63,468 bases of DNA from a bacterium (GTDB lineage: Bacteria; Desulfobacterota; DSWW01), in contig JBFLZG010000063.1 of the NCBI GenBank assembly GCA_040756235.1, positions 1 through 63,468 on the forward strand, written 5' to 3'. The notes beneath the pieces are model-generated. The model searched no databases and was not told the origin of the DNA. It saw only the letters and a list, made by a program, of their open reading frames with translations. This document shows, one piece after another, positions 1 through 9,062 of the stretch (within the stretch, counting starts at the first letter, position 1; every line of letters begins with the position of its first letter). Both the position numbers and the translations under genes were made by a program.

Positions 1-243
1 TCCGTCAGGCGCGTGCGTCCCGAGAACACCCGGCCCGGGACGAGGGACGAAAAGGGAGAGCCGCCCGAAGGGCAGTCGTCCCCGACGCTCGGGAGGAGAA
101 CAGGCCGGAGCGCCCTGAGCCCGAGACGATCGAGGGCGGTGCACCTGCCGCACTCGATTGTGCGCAGGCCCGTACGCGCGCTCCGATCGCAACATCCGCC
201 CTCTTGAGCAGGGTCGCCATTGCTCGCTTCCACGGCGCGGCTG

Positions 244-2244
244 CTAGACCTTCCGGCCGGCCGCAAACCCCTGATGAATGGCGTCGAAGGCCTTGGCCGG
301 GCTGAGAGCATCCCCGACCATGCGGAACGGAATTCCTTTCCCCTCGAGAATCCCCTTGAGCGTTTGCCGGGGCCGCACGCCGACCGCGAGCACGATGGTG
401 TCCGCGGGTATCTCCATGGTCCCGGCTCCCCCCTCAACCCGGATTCCGGTTCCGGTGATCTCGAGCGCTTTGGCGGCGGTCATCATGCGGATCCCGGACC
501 TTTGCGCATCCTGGAGCATGGGCCATCGGGTGGATCTGCCGATGTCGCCGCCTACCCGGTCGACCATCTCCAGAAGGGTGATCTCCTTCGTGCCTCGGGA
601 GGCGAGCTCGTACAGGTCCTCGGGGCTCTCGGCACGGTTCACCAACAGGAACTTGAGCGCATCGCCGCTGAGCGTGCCCTTGTCCGCCAGGAGCAGAGCG
701 GTTTCCAGCCCGACCGCGCCGCCGCCCACGATGACCACCCGCTTCCCGGTGCGCGCCGCGCCCAGGAGCACGTCCCAGGCCTGGACGACGTGCGGGAGAT
801 CGGCCCCGGGAATAGCCGGCTTGACCGGTTCCGCACCCGTGGCCAGGACCACGGCCTCCGGCTTTTCCGCCTCCAGCAGGCGCGCGTCCACTGCGCAGTT
901 GAGCACGATCCGGACCCCGCGCGCCGCGAGCTGGGCCTGCAGGTCCCGGGCAAGCTGAAGGAATTCTTCCCGCCCCGGCGGCGCGCCCGCCAGCAGAAGC
1001 TGGCCGCCGAGCCGGTCGGACCGTTCGTACAGCGTGACCTCGTGGCCGAGCTCGGCCGCGGCGGCCGCTGCGCTCATTCCGGCCGGGCCCCCCCCGACGA
1101 CCATGATCTTCCTCGGCGCCGCGGTCTTCGTCACCTCGGTCTCCCGCTCGCGGCCCGCCCGCGGGTTGCAGAGGCATTCCACGGGCTTGAGAAGAAACAG
1201 GTTGTCGAAACAGCCCTGCCCGCAGGCGACGCAGTGGAGGATCTCGCGCTCGCGGCCGGTCCTGGCTTTCTCGGGCAGGAAAGGGTCTGCGATCAGTGCA
1301 CGCCCCATGGCCACCATGTCGCACATCCCGTCGCCGATCATCTCGCGGGCGAGGTCCGGATCGTTGATCCGGTGGCTGGCGATCACCGGGACGCTCACCG
1401 CCTCGCGGATGCCGCGCGAGAGGTAGGCGAAAACGCCGCGCGGCACGCCCGCGACGATCTGCGGTACCTTGGCCTCATGCCAGGCGACGTTCACGCAGAG
1501 GGCGTCCACGCCCACCTCGACCAGGCGCTTCGCGTATTGCACGAGCTCCTTGCGGCCCAGCCCGCCCGGCATGAACTCGTTGCCGTTGATGCGCACGACC
1601 AGCGGGAAATCCGCACCGGTTTCCCGCTTGATCGCTCTCATCACGTCCAGGCCGAAGCGCATCCGGTTCTCGAAGGAGCCGCCGTACTCGTCCGCCCGCT
1701 TGTTCGTCACCTCGGACAGGAACTGGCTGATCAGGTAGCCCGTGCCGCTCAGGACCTCCACCGCATCGTATCCCGCCTTCTTCACCCGAAGGGCGGCCCG
1801 AGCAAAGGATTCGATGATCCCGCGGATCTCGTCCGCGGTGAGCTCCCGGGGCGTCTCCCGGGTCATGCGGGAGGCAACGGCAGAGGGCGCCACCGGCTGT
1901 CTGCCGTCGAGGAAGAACGAAAAGTTGTAGCGGCCGGCGTGGTTGAGCTGAACCGAAGCGCGTGCCCCTGCGTCACGGATCGCTGCGGCAAGCCTGGCCA
2001 GGCCCGGGATGAACGCGTCGTCGTGAGCGCCCAGATTGGTCCTGCTCCCGGACATCTCGTCCACCGTGGCGTAGCCGACCGCGATCAACCCTGCGCCTCC
2101 ACGGGCACGCTCCGCGTAGAACCGGACGAGCTGGTCCGTCACCTGCTGATCGGCCGCCATGTTCAGGTGCATGGCAGGCATGCAGATCCGGTTTGCGAGC
2201 TCGAGTCGACCGATGCGGATCGGCTCGAAAAGCAAGTCTTTCAT
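244..2244 (-). CDS. fadH: 2,4-dienoyl-CoA reductase-like NADH:flavin oxidoreductase (OYE barrel + 4Fe-4S + FAD/NADPH domains)
   Basis: LFEPIRIG..NRI start, YAERARGGAGLI, RADEYGGSFENR, CVACGQGC..C cluster, two GxGxxG motifs; AGGAGG RBS. Confidence 0.85.
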   Translation of the reverse strand: MKDLLFEPIRIGRLELANRICMPAMHLNMAADQQVTDQLVRFYAERARGGAGLIAVGYATVDEMSGSRTNLGAHDDAFIPGLARLAAAIRDAGARASVQLNHAGRYNFSFFLDGRQPVAPSAVASRMTRETPRELTADEIRGIIESFARAALRVKKAGYDAVEVLSGTGYLISQFLSEVTNKRADEYGGSFENRMRFGLDVMRAIKRETGADFPLVVRINGNEFMPGGLGRKELVQYAKRLVEVGVDALCVNVAWHEAKVPQIVAGVPRGVFAYLSRGIREAVSVPVIASHRINDPDLAREMIGDGMCDMVAMGRALIADPFLPEKARTGREREILHCVACGQGCFDNLFLLKPVECLCNPRAGRERETEVTKTAAPRKIMVVGGGPAGMSAAAAAAELGHEVTLYERSDRLGGQLLLAGAPPGREEFLQLARDLQAQLAARGVRIVLNCAVDARLLEAEKPEAVVLATGAEPVKPAIPGADLPHVVQAWDVLLGAARTGKRVVIVGGGAVGLETALLLADKGTLSGDALKFLLVNRAESPEDLYELASRGTKEITLLEMVDRVGGDIGRSTRWPMLQDAQRSGIRMMTAAKALEITGTGIRVEGGAGTMEIPADTIVLAVGVRPRQTLKGILEGKGIPFRMVGDALSPAKAFDAIHQGFAAGRKV

Positions 2245-2337
2245 GCTCGTGACCTCCTGTCGGATCCTTCTTTGATCATCGCTCCGATGGATACGAGAAA
2301 CGCTCCCAGCTAGGAGCCTGTCCAGGAATTCGGCTCC

Positions 2338-2503
2338 GGAGGCTGTTCAGAAATGTCCAGATGCAAGGCGCGCGAAGTTCTGAGGAATGAGGCGTACATG
2401 GGAGTACGCCGCAATGACCCCGGCTTTCGCCGGGGCAGGCTGCCCCAGGACCCCCACGCCGCATGAGCGCAACGCAGCAGATGGGCATTTATGGACAGCC
2501 TCC
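2338..2503. repeat. MITE-like dispersed element, copy 1 (about 165 bp, terminal inverted repeats)
   Basis: Ends GGAGGCTGTTCAGAAATG and CATTTATGGACAGCCTCC; internal CAGATGCAAGGCGCGCG and GCAACGCAGCAGATGG recur at 6.3, 23.7, 31.3 and 53.2 kb. Confidence 0.85.
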
Positions 2504-3538
2504 TCCGATCCACGTGCCGAAGCGCAGCCGCCACAACAGGGCCGGCAGCCCGGTGAGGAGCACGAAAAGAGCTGCTGCTGCCATGACGTGCCATCCTGCC
2601 TGCCTGCTCCGGCCGACGGCCTCCGCCGCCACGGCCGGGAAGCGCCGGGCGACACGTGCAGAGATCCATGCGGCCGGCCCCTCCAGAGCGACCACGGAAA
2701 GCAGGACAAAGAGGGGGAAGCCGATGGCTTTCTGCCCGGGTAGAAAGAGGCACCAGGTGCAATGGTGATGGTCGGGCGACGCGAAATAGTAGGCCGAAAG
2801 CACCCGCACCAGGGCCACCGCCGCAACCGCTGCCCAGCCTGCCGAAGCGATCGCCATGGCCGCCGCCAGCTTTTCCCTGCCGGCCGAGCGCCTGGAGACG
2901 GCCAGGCTTGCCAGTAGAAACAGAAGAAGCGTGCCGGCCGCGAAGATCGCCATCCAGACCCCGTCCGCAACCCCGCCGGTCGCCGCAGTCCCGGGCGCGG
3001 ATCGGACCTGACCGTAAACCGCCGCGCAGCAGCTCACCGGCTGCCTCCTGTCCATGGCGGCCAGTGCGCGGAAAGTGGCGATCACGGCCGGAACGGCGAC
3101 CGGGAACGCCACGAGCAGAGAGCGGGCGGCCGGCGCGGCCAGCAGAGGCTCCCGGCCGTGCCGACGGAAACGGTCCATGAGGTGCCAGGCGCCCAGCAGC
3201 CCCAGCGCAAGGCCGCGCAGCGCGAGCGCCCGCTCTCCTGCGCCCTGCGAAGCCTGGAGCACCCCGGTGCCGCACATCGCCCCGGGAACGACCCTGCGGA
3301 GCACGATCGCGATCGCGACGACGAGGAGCGCGGTCGACATGAGCAGCAGCCAGATGGCGGCCCGGCCCTCGACGGATGCGATCCCGGAGGCCCTCTCGAG
3401 CCAGCCTTCGTGCGCCAAGGCCGACCCCGGTTCGCGGACCGACAAGGTACGTATGGCTGAGACGAAAGCTGCCGCCAGGAGCAAGAGCGCGAGCGCGTCC
3501 GTCAACGCGACCGCCAGGAGGAGAGGATGCCCGATCAT
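2489..3538 (-). CDS. Polytopic membrane protein of unknown function with Cys/His motifs
   Basis: Many hydrophobic helices; motifs GAMCGTG, VSCCAAVY, HHHCTWC; start taken at ATG 3538 (MIGHPLL). Confidence 0.7.
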   Translation of the reverse strand: MIGHPLLLAVALTDALALLLLAAAFVSAIRTLSVREPGSALAHEGWLERASGIASVEGRAAIWLLLMSTALLVVAIAIVLRRVVPGAMCGTGVLQASQGAGERALALRGLALGLLGAWHLMDRFRRHGREPLLAAPAARSLLVAFPVAVPAVIATFRALAAMDRRQPVSCCAAVYGQVRSAPGTAATGGVADGVWMAIFAAGTLLLFLLASLAVSRRSAGREKLAAAMAIASAGWAAVAAVALVRVLSAYYFASPDHHHCTWCLFLPGQKAIGFPLFVLLSVVALEGPAAWISARVARRFPAVAAEAVGRSRQAGWHVMAAAALFVLLTGLPALLWRLRFGTWIGGGCP

Positions 3539-3748
3539 GCGAGTCTCCCGATGGCCCCTCACCGTCGCCACCACGTATTTCCAAGATCATCCTTGCCTGA
3601 ACCTAACGTCAGCGCCGCAGCGCTGTCAAACCCGCTCTACTCGAGCCGGCCAAGCCGATTGCAAATCACGGAGAAGTCAAGGTACAAAAGAAAGGGTCTC
3701 ATTGCGGTCCGGGCGGTGCCGCATCCACTTCTCACCGGGAAAAAGACC

Positions 3749-6259
3749 TTGCAAGCTGGTGAACCTGGACAAAAATCGAATTTCCGGAGTCGGCTCAAAG
3801 CCGCCTTCAGCTTCGGCCGCAAGGCTCCCGCAGCGGAAGTCCCCGCCGTCCAGACCTCAGACAGATTCCGGCTGATGTACGAGCGGTTCCGGGAGATCCT
3901 GAACCTCAACGATTCGCTGCTCCAGCTCACGGCCGATATCGAAGAACGGCTCGCCGGGAGGACGCCCTTCGCCCTGGAGCCCATGCTCCAGAAGGTGCGC
4001 AAGGCCACCATGGACGTGGTCATGATGGTGAAAGATCTCAACCAGCTCGCCGAGGGACGTTATCGAAAGCTCTACGACGTGCTGGGCAAGCTCAACTCGG
4101 AGCTCGAACAGGAGGTCGCCAAACAGAGACACGTCCCGAGCGGGCCTTTGACCCTCCCTCTGGACGCTCTTCGGGCGAAGGACGCGGCGATCGCCGGATC
4201 CAAGATGGCCAACCTGGGAGAGGTCAAATCTCTGGGCGTGGCGGTGCCGGACGGATTCGTGATCACGACGGCCGCATTCGCCAGGCTCATGTCCGAGAAC
4301 GAATTGTGGGACCGGGCCCTGCAGCTCGAAGGCATTCTGGAGTCCTACGGCATGCTCGCGCTCGACAACGCCTCGCGGCAGGTCCAGGGGTCCGTCCTCT
4401 CCGCCGAGGTTCCTCCGGAGATCGAAAGGGCGATTCTGGACGGCTTCGATGCCCTGAGCGGCGGAGAGGAGATCCTGGTCGCCATGCGCAGCAGCGCCGT
4501 CGGCGAGGACAGCGCTTCTTCCCACGCCGGCCAGTACTACACCGAGCTGAACGTGTTCCGCGACCTGCTCCTCGATGCCTATCGCACGGTCGTCTCGAGC
4601 TCGTACAAGCCAGCGGCTGTCTCGTACCGATACGAGCGAGGCCTGAGCCATGACGAGACCATGATGGCGGTCGGGTGCGTGCGCATGCTCGAGCCCCGGG
4701 TGAGCGGCATCCTGTTCTCGAGGGACTTCAGGGACCTGCAGGCGGACCGGGTTGTCATCAGCCTGATCGCCGGGACCTCCGAGGGGATCGCCTCGGGCAA
4801 GAAGTCCGCCGAAGAAATCGTCCTCACCCCGGGGTCTTCTCACCTCTGGCCCGCATCGACGCACCTGCACGCCCGGGAGCTGGACGAGCTCGTCCGCGTG
4901 AGCCGCCGGCTCGAGGAGCACTTCGGACATCCCCAGGACATCGAATGGTCCCTGGACAAGTCCGGCAAGCTCTTCATCCTGCAGAGCCGGCCCATGGCGA
5001 AGGCCCCGGATCCGGACGAGGCCCTCCCGAACATCCGCATCGATCAGGAACCGTTGATCCAGGGCGGCCACGTGGCCTGCGCCGGCATCGCCTCAGGTCC
5101 GGTCTACCACGTCAAGAACGAGATCGATCTGGACCGGTTCCCGGATGGAGCGGTCCTGGTCGCCCGGCACTCCTCCCCCACTTTTTCGCGCGTCATCACG
5201 CACTGCGCAGCCATCGTGACCGACGTGGGCTCCCCCACCGGGCACATGGCCATTCTGGCCAGGGAGTTCGGAGTGCCGGCCATCGTCGGCATCGAAGGGG
5301 CCATGAGACTGCTCGATCCCGAGAAGGTGATCACGGTCGACGCCGCATCCCGCAGGATTTTCGAGGGCGAGGTCGCACCGGAGCTCGTGCGCAGGAAAGT
5401 GCGCCCGCCGCTGGCCGGTGCGCCTGTGGTGGAGCGCCTGCGAAGGGTGGCTCGCCTGGTCACGCCCTTGCACCTTACCGACCCTGCCGCGCCCAATTTC
5501 AAACCTTCCGCATGCCAGTCTTTGCACGACATCACACGCTTCGTGCACGAGAAGGTGTACGAGGTGATGTTCCGCTTCGGAGACATGAGCGCCGGAGGCC
5601 GTCAGAGCTCGTTCAAGCTCGACGCCCGCCTGCCGCTGGACGTCCGGGTGTTCGATCTCGGCGGATCGGTGGCGGAGAGCCGGGGGGAGCCGGGTCTGGT
5701 CAAGCCTCACGAGATCGTGTCCGCTCCGATGATCGCGTTCCTGGAAGGGCTGATGGATGCGCGCATCAAGTGGGACCAGCCGAGGCCGCTTTCGGCACGC
5801 GGCTTTCTCTCGGTGCTCGGTCAAGGCATGGCCGCACCGCCGGCCCATGTCCAGAAGGTCGGCAGTGTTTCGTACGTGGTCGCCTCGGACCGGTACATGA
5901 ACTTCAGCACCAAGGCCGGATACCACTTCTCGACGGTGGACGTCTACTGCGGTCAGAGCCAGAACAAGAACTACATCCACTTCCGGTTCACGGGGGGCGG
6001 CGCGGCCATGGACCGCCGGTCGCGCCGGGTCCGATTCCTCTCGGAGGTGCTGAGCAATCTCGATTTCAGGATCCAGACCCGGGAGGATCTCCTGGTCGCG
6101 AGGATGGAGAAGTACGACCGCTACTTCATTTGCGCTCGCCTGAGCGACCTCGGCCGCCTGACCCTGTGCAGCAGGCAGCTCGACATGCTGATGGACAACG
6201 ACAACAGCCCCCACTTCTTTGCACAGGCATTTCTCAACGGCGAGTGGGAGAGGTTCTGA
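3749..6259 (+). CDS. PEP/pyruvate-binding (PPDK_N) + PEP-utilizer phospho-His domain protein, atypical PEP synthase-like
   Basis: GSKMANLGE, VPDGFVITT, RSSAVGED..SHAGQY, QDIEW..LQSRP, TGHMAILAREF phospho-His motif; start uncertain (TTG 3749 or ATG 3875; ORF opens at 3527). Confidence 0.85.
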   Translation: MQAGEPGQKSNFRSRLKAAFSFGRKAPAAEVPAVQTSDRFRLMYERFREILNLNDSLLQLTADIEERLAGRTPFALEPMLQKVRKATMDVVMMVKDLNQLAEGRYRKLYDVLGKLNSELEQEVAKQRHVPSGPLTLPLDALRAKDAAIAGSKMANLGEVKSLGVAVPDGFVITTAAFARLMSENELWDRALQLEGILESYGMLALDNASRQVQGSVLSAEVPPEIERAILDGFDALSGGEEILVAMRSSAVGEDSASSHAGQYYTELNVFRDLLLDAYRTVVSSSYKPAAVSYRYERGLSHDETMMAVGCVRMLEPRVSGILFSRDFRDLQADRVVISLIAGTSEGIASGKKSAEEIVLTPGSSHLWPASTHLHARELDELVRVSRRLEEHFGHPQDIEWSLDKSGKLFILQSRPMAKAPDPDEALPNIRIDQEPLIQGGHVACAGIASGPVYHVKNEIDLDRFPDGAVLVARHSSPTFSRVITHCAAIVTDVGSPTGHMAILAREFGVPAIVGIEGAMRLLDPEKVITVDAASRRIFEGEVAPELVRRKVRPPLAGAPVVERLRRVARLVTPLHLTDPAAPNFKPSACQSLHDITRFVHEKVYEVMFRFGDMSAGGRQSSFKLDARLPLDVRVFDLGGSVAESRGEPGLVKPHEIVSAPMIAFLEGLMDARIKWDQPRPLSARGFLSVLGQGMAAPPAHVQKVGSVSYVVASDRYMNFSTKAGYHFSTVDVYCGQSQNKNYIHFRFTGGGAAMDRRSRRVRFLSEVLSNLDFRIQTREDLLVARMEKYDRYFICARLSDLGRLTLCSRQLDMLMDNDNSPHFFAQAFLNGEWERF

Positions 6260-6279
6260 GGAGGTGTCGGGGCCCGAGT

Positions 6280-6404
6280 CAAATCCTGAGGAATGAGGCT
6301 AATCGGGAGTCACCGTGGACCCCGGCCTTCGCCGGGGCAGGCTCCCCTGGCCTCCATGCCGCCATGAGTGCAACGCAGCAGATGGGCGTCTATGGACAGC
6401 CTCC
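6280..6404. repeat. MITE-like element, copy 2 (5'-truncated)
   Basis: CCTGAGGAATGAGGC...CCCCGGCCTTCGCCGGGGCAGGCT...GCAACGCAGCAGATGGGCGTCTATGGACAGCCTCC; lies between convergent stop codons. Confidence 0.8.
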
Positions 6405-6719
6405 TCAGTGGCTGCTCTTCTGCCCCATCTCCTTCTGGCGGGTGAGGTTCATCACGCGGGTGGCCACGAGGCGCCCTCCCTCGTCCTTGTAAGCGATCCG
6501 TACCTGATCGTTCTCCGCCGGCTCCGCGCCCACCTCGGCCCCCTCCAGGGAAAACGTGAACTCCGGATTCGTTTGCTCGTCGCTCTTCAACACCAGCGTT
6601 TGGCTGGCGGCTTCGTAGCGGATGACCGTGCCCTGCGCGACCTTCGGAGGATTGCCGCAAGAGGTTGCGACGATAGCGGTCATGGCGAGAGAAAAAACCA
6701 GGATTCGAAGACCTTTCAT
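6405..6719 (-). CDS. Small lipoprotein (DVU0148/DUF4881-like position in the operon)
   Basis: Signal peptide ending in lipobox-like ATSC; GAGGGAG RBS; directly downstream of the TSUP gene. Confidence 0.7.
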   Translation of the reverse strand: MKGLRILVFSLAMTAIVATSCGNPPKVAQGTVIRYEAASQTLVLKSDEQTNPEFTFSLEGAEVGAEPAENDQVRIAYKDEGGRLVATRVMNLTRQKEMGQKSSH

Positions 6720-6733
6720 CTGCTCTCTCCCTC

Positions 6734-7768
6734 TCAGAAGCCGAGCTCCGCACGCTTCATGGCGGACCGCTCCTTGGAGACTCCCCGTACGAGCACGCCG
6801 ATGATCACGGAGCTGATCGCGATCCCTGCGGTCAAGATGAGCACCGAGGAGGCCTTGGTCAGCTCCAGCTGCTTCATGAGCACCGAGACGCAGGCGATGT
6901 AGATCGTGACCGCAAACAACAGCCGGATGGAATATCCGCGGACATACTTGACCGCCACCGTCCCGAGCTGCGCGCCGACCGCGGCGCCGATCAGCATCCA
7001 CATGGCGGCGAGCAGGTCCACGCGGCCCTTCACGGCGTAGGTGAACGCCCCGTAGGCGCCGGTGATCATGACTTCAAACAGGTCCGTGCCCACGGCGACC
7101 AGGGTGGGGCAGCCGATGAGGTAGATCAAAGCCGGCATCCGGATGAACCCGCCCCCGACGCCGAGCACGCTCGCCACCACGCCCGTGACCAACCCCACCA
7201 GGATGGGCAGCCACAGCGAGCAAGTGAACCCCGAAGCCTTGAAATGGACCATGGGCGGGATGTGGATGCGCTGCAGCCTCTGGGCGACCGTCATGGTCTT
7301 TGCGGCCGGAACCGAAGAGGGGTTTGCAGCGGCCTTCCTGGCCAGACTGGTGTACTTGAGATAATCGTAGAGAACATAGGAGCCGATCAGGCCCAGGAAG
7401 ACGACGTACGCCTTGCGGATCACCGACTCCGCCAGCCCGATCCTCTCCAGATACATGACCAGCCTGGCTCCGAGCTCGATGCCGAGGGTCGTGCCGAGAA
7501 TCATGGATGCCCCGAGCCTGAGATCCACGTTTCCGAACTTGCCGTGGCGGATCGTGGACACGATGGACTTCCCGCCCATGTGGGCCAGATCGGTGCCGAT
7601 GGCATAGGGCATCGGGAAGCCGAAAATGTTCAGCGCAGGCGTCACGATCCAGGCGCCCCCGATGCCGAAGAAACCGCCGCAAACACCCACCGTGAAGCCG
7701 ATCAGGAGCAGGAGCAGGACGTTGAACTGCATTCCGGCAATCGGCAAGTAAATGTTGAAGATGTCCAT
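6734..7768 (-). CDS. Sulfite exporter TauE/SafE (TSUP) family membrane protein
   Basis: Duplicated motifs GFFGIGGAWIVTP..AIGTDL and SVLGVGGGFIRMP..AVGTDL. Confidence 0.9.
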   Translation of the reverse strand: MDIFNIYLPIAGMQFNVLLLLLIGFTVGVCGGFFGIGGAWIVTPALNIFGFPMPYAIGTDLAHMGGKSIVSTIRHGKFGNVDLRLGASMILGTTLGIELGARLVMYLERIGLAESVIRKAYVVFLGLIGSYVLYDYLKYTSLARKAAANPSSVPAAKTMTVAQRLQRIHIPPMVHFKASGFTCSLWLPILVGLVTGVVASVLGVGGGFIRMPALIYLIGCPTLVAVGTDLFEVMITGAYGAFTYAVKGRVDLLAAMWMLIGAAVGAQLGTVAVKYVRGYSIRLLFAVTIYIACVSVLMKQLELTKASSVLILTAGIAISSVIIGVLVRGVSKERSAMKRAELGF

Positions 7769-7804
7769 CTGATCACCGCCTTCCGAGAGCGAGGTGAGCG
7801 TGCT

Positions 7805-8143
7805 TCATTCCTGGTGCTCGAGCTTTCCCAGCTTGATGCCGAGCAGACCCATGAGACGATCGAAGACCGATCCGAGGACAAAGCCCATTCCGGCCATGAT
7901 GGCTACGACCAGGGCGCCGAACAGCCAGAGATCGGTGTTGTAGATGTCCGCGATCCACTTGGTCAGGCCGGACTCCAGCCCGCGGGTGTCGGCCACGTTG
8001 ACCAGTCTCGTTGCCGGTTTTCCGCCGGCGGCCAGCAGCTCGCCGGCATACAGGAAAACACAGGAAAACGAGATCCAAAGGGACCGCCAGACCGCCGCCC
8101 GCAGGGACCTGACCGCCTTGCCTGTTCTTCTCCCTGCCGTCAT
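7805..8143 (-). CDS. DVU0150-family small membrane protein
   Basis: AAGG...VADTRGL..W.A..YN...TM helix...GIKL..LEHQE pattern; AGGAGG RBS; first gene of the TSUP operon. Confidence 0.75.
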   Translation of the reverse strand: MTAGRRTGKAVRSLRAAVWRSLWISFSCVFLYAGELLAAGGKPATRLVNVADTRGLESGLTKWIADIYNTDLWLFGALVVAIMAGMGFVLGSVFDRLMGLLGIKLGKLEHQE

Positions 8144-8191
8144 GGCACACCTCCTGAAGAGGAAATGAAGATTCACCCCATGCGCTATCGG

Positions 8192-8220
8192 ATTTTGTTC
8201 AAAATGGCAAAAAAAGTCAA
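8192..8220 (-). promoter_or_regulatory. sigma70-type promoter for the DVU0150-TSUP-lipoprotein operon
   Basis: TTGACT-N17-CAAAAT on the minus strand in an AT-rich patch. Confidence 0.55.
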
Positions 8221-8357
8221 TTTTACGCAAACTTATGCAAGAATCAGGGCTTCGTTTTTCATTCCCGGGCGACCGTTTCATGCGAACTTATGCAAGGCTG
8301 CAGAGCTCCCTTCCGTGCTTCGGCGCAGCCGGTTGCCTTGCGCAAAGGGTCGCCGGT

Positions 8358-9062
8358 ATGCTGTTCGACATGATCACGGAATCGAGTCTTCTCGCCTTGT
8401 TTCTCATGGGAGCCGCAGGCACGGGCCATTGCATCGGAATGTGCGGCCCTCTCGTGCTCGCCATCCCTGGGCAGGCAGGGCGGCTCTTCCCCCATCTCCT
8501 CTACCACTCGGGCAGGCTGTCGACTTATGCCGCCACTGGCGCCGCGGTCGGCGCGGCCGGCGCCGCGCTGACCGGCATGGCCGGGGACGCAGCCGGCGGA
8601 ATCGTGGGCTCCGTGGCACGGGTCCAGGTCGTGTGCTCTCTCTTTTCGGCTGCCTTCCTCCTCGCCTTCGGACTGCTCAGGCTGGGCATCCTGCAAGAGC
8701 CGGCCTGGCTCGCCAGGGGGTCTCCCTCACGGATTCCGGGCTTCAGGGCAGTGCTCCAGGCCGTGATGGCCGGCAAGAGCCGGGCGGCGATCCTGGCATT
8801 CGGCTGGATGATGGGCTTCCTGCCCTGCGGGCTCTCCTACGCGGCCTTCGCGATGGCCATGCCTGCCGGAGGCGCCGGGGCCGGAGCCCTCTACCTGCTC
8901 GCTTTCGGCGCCGGGACACTGCCCGGGCTCCTGCTGGTGGGCACGGGCGCTTCGAGCCTGTTCCGCCGCTACCGGAGGCAATCCGACCTTGTGGCCGGCG
9001 CCCTCATGCTCGGGATCGCCGTGTCCCTGGCAGCAGATGCGCTGCAGGCGTTGCTCGGCTAG
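8358..9062 (+). CDS. DsbD_2/UreH-like (TauE/SafE-annotated) membrane protein
   Basis: GHCIGMCGP, YHSGRLSTY, GFLPCGLSY, FGAGTLP motifs. Confidence 0.85.
   Translation: MLFDMITESSLLALFLMGAAGTGHCIGMCGPLVLAIPGQAGRLFPHLLYHSGRLSTYAATGAAVGAAGAALTGMAGDAAGGIVGSVARVQVVCSLFSAAFLLAFGLLRLGILQEPAWLARGSPSRIPGFRAVLQAVMAGKSRAAILAFGWMMGFLPCGLSYAAFAMAMPAGGAGAGALYLLAFGAGTLPGLLLVGTGASSLFRRYRRQSDLVAGALMLGIAVSLAADALQALLG

Noticed and set aside
5..220. 71-aa ORF downstream of fadH
   Set aside because: Low complexity, no clear RBS or motif, at the window edge; cannot be supported
220..2313. Long antisense or alternate-frame ORFs, e.g. 220-2313, 13608-16115, 20286-22853, 24782-27436, 35187-37769, 60347-63217
   Set aside because: They shadow genes with clear family motifs, lack motifs of their own, and are expected in high-GC DNA
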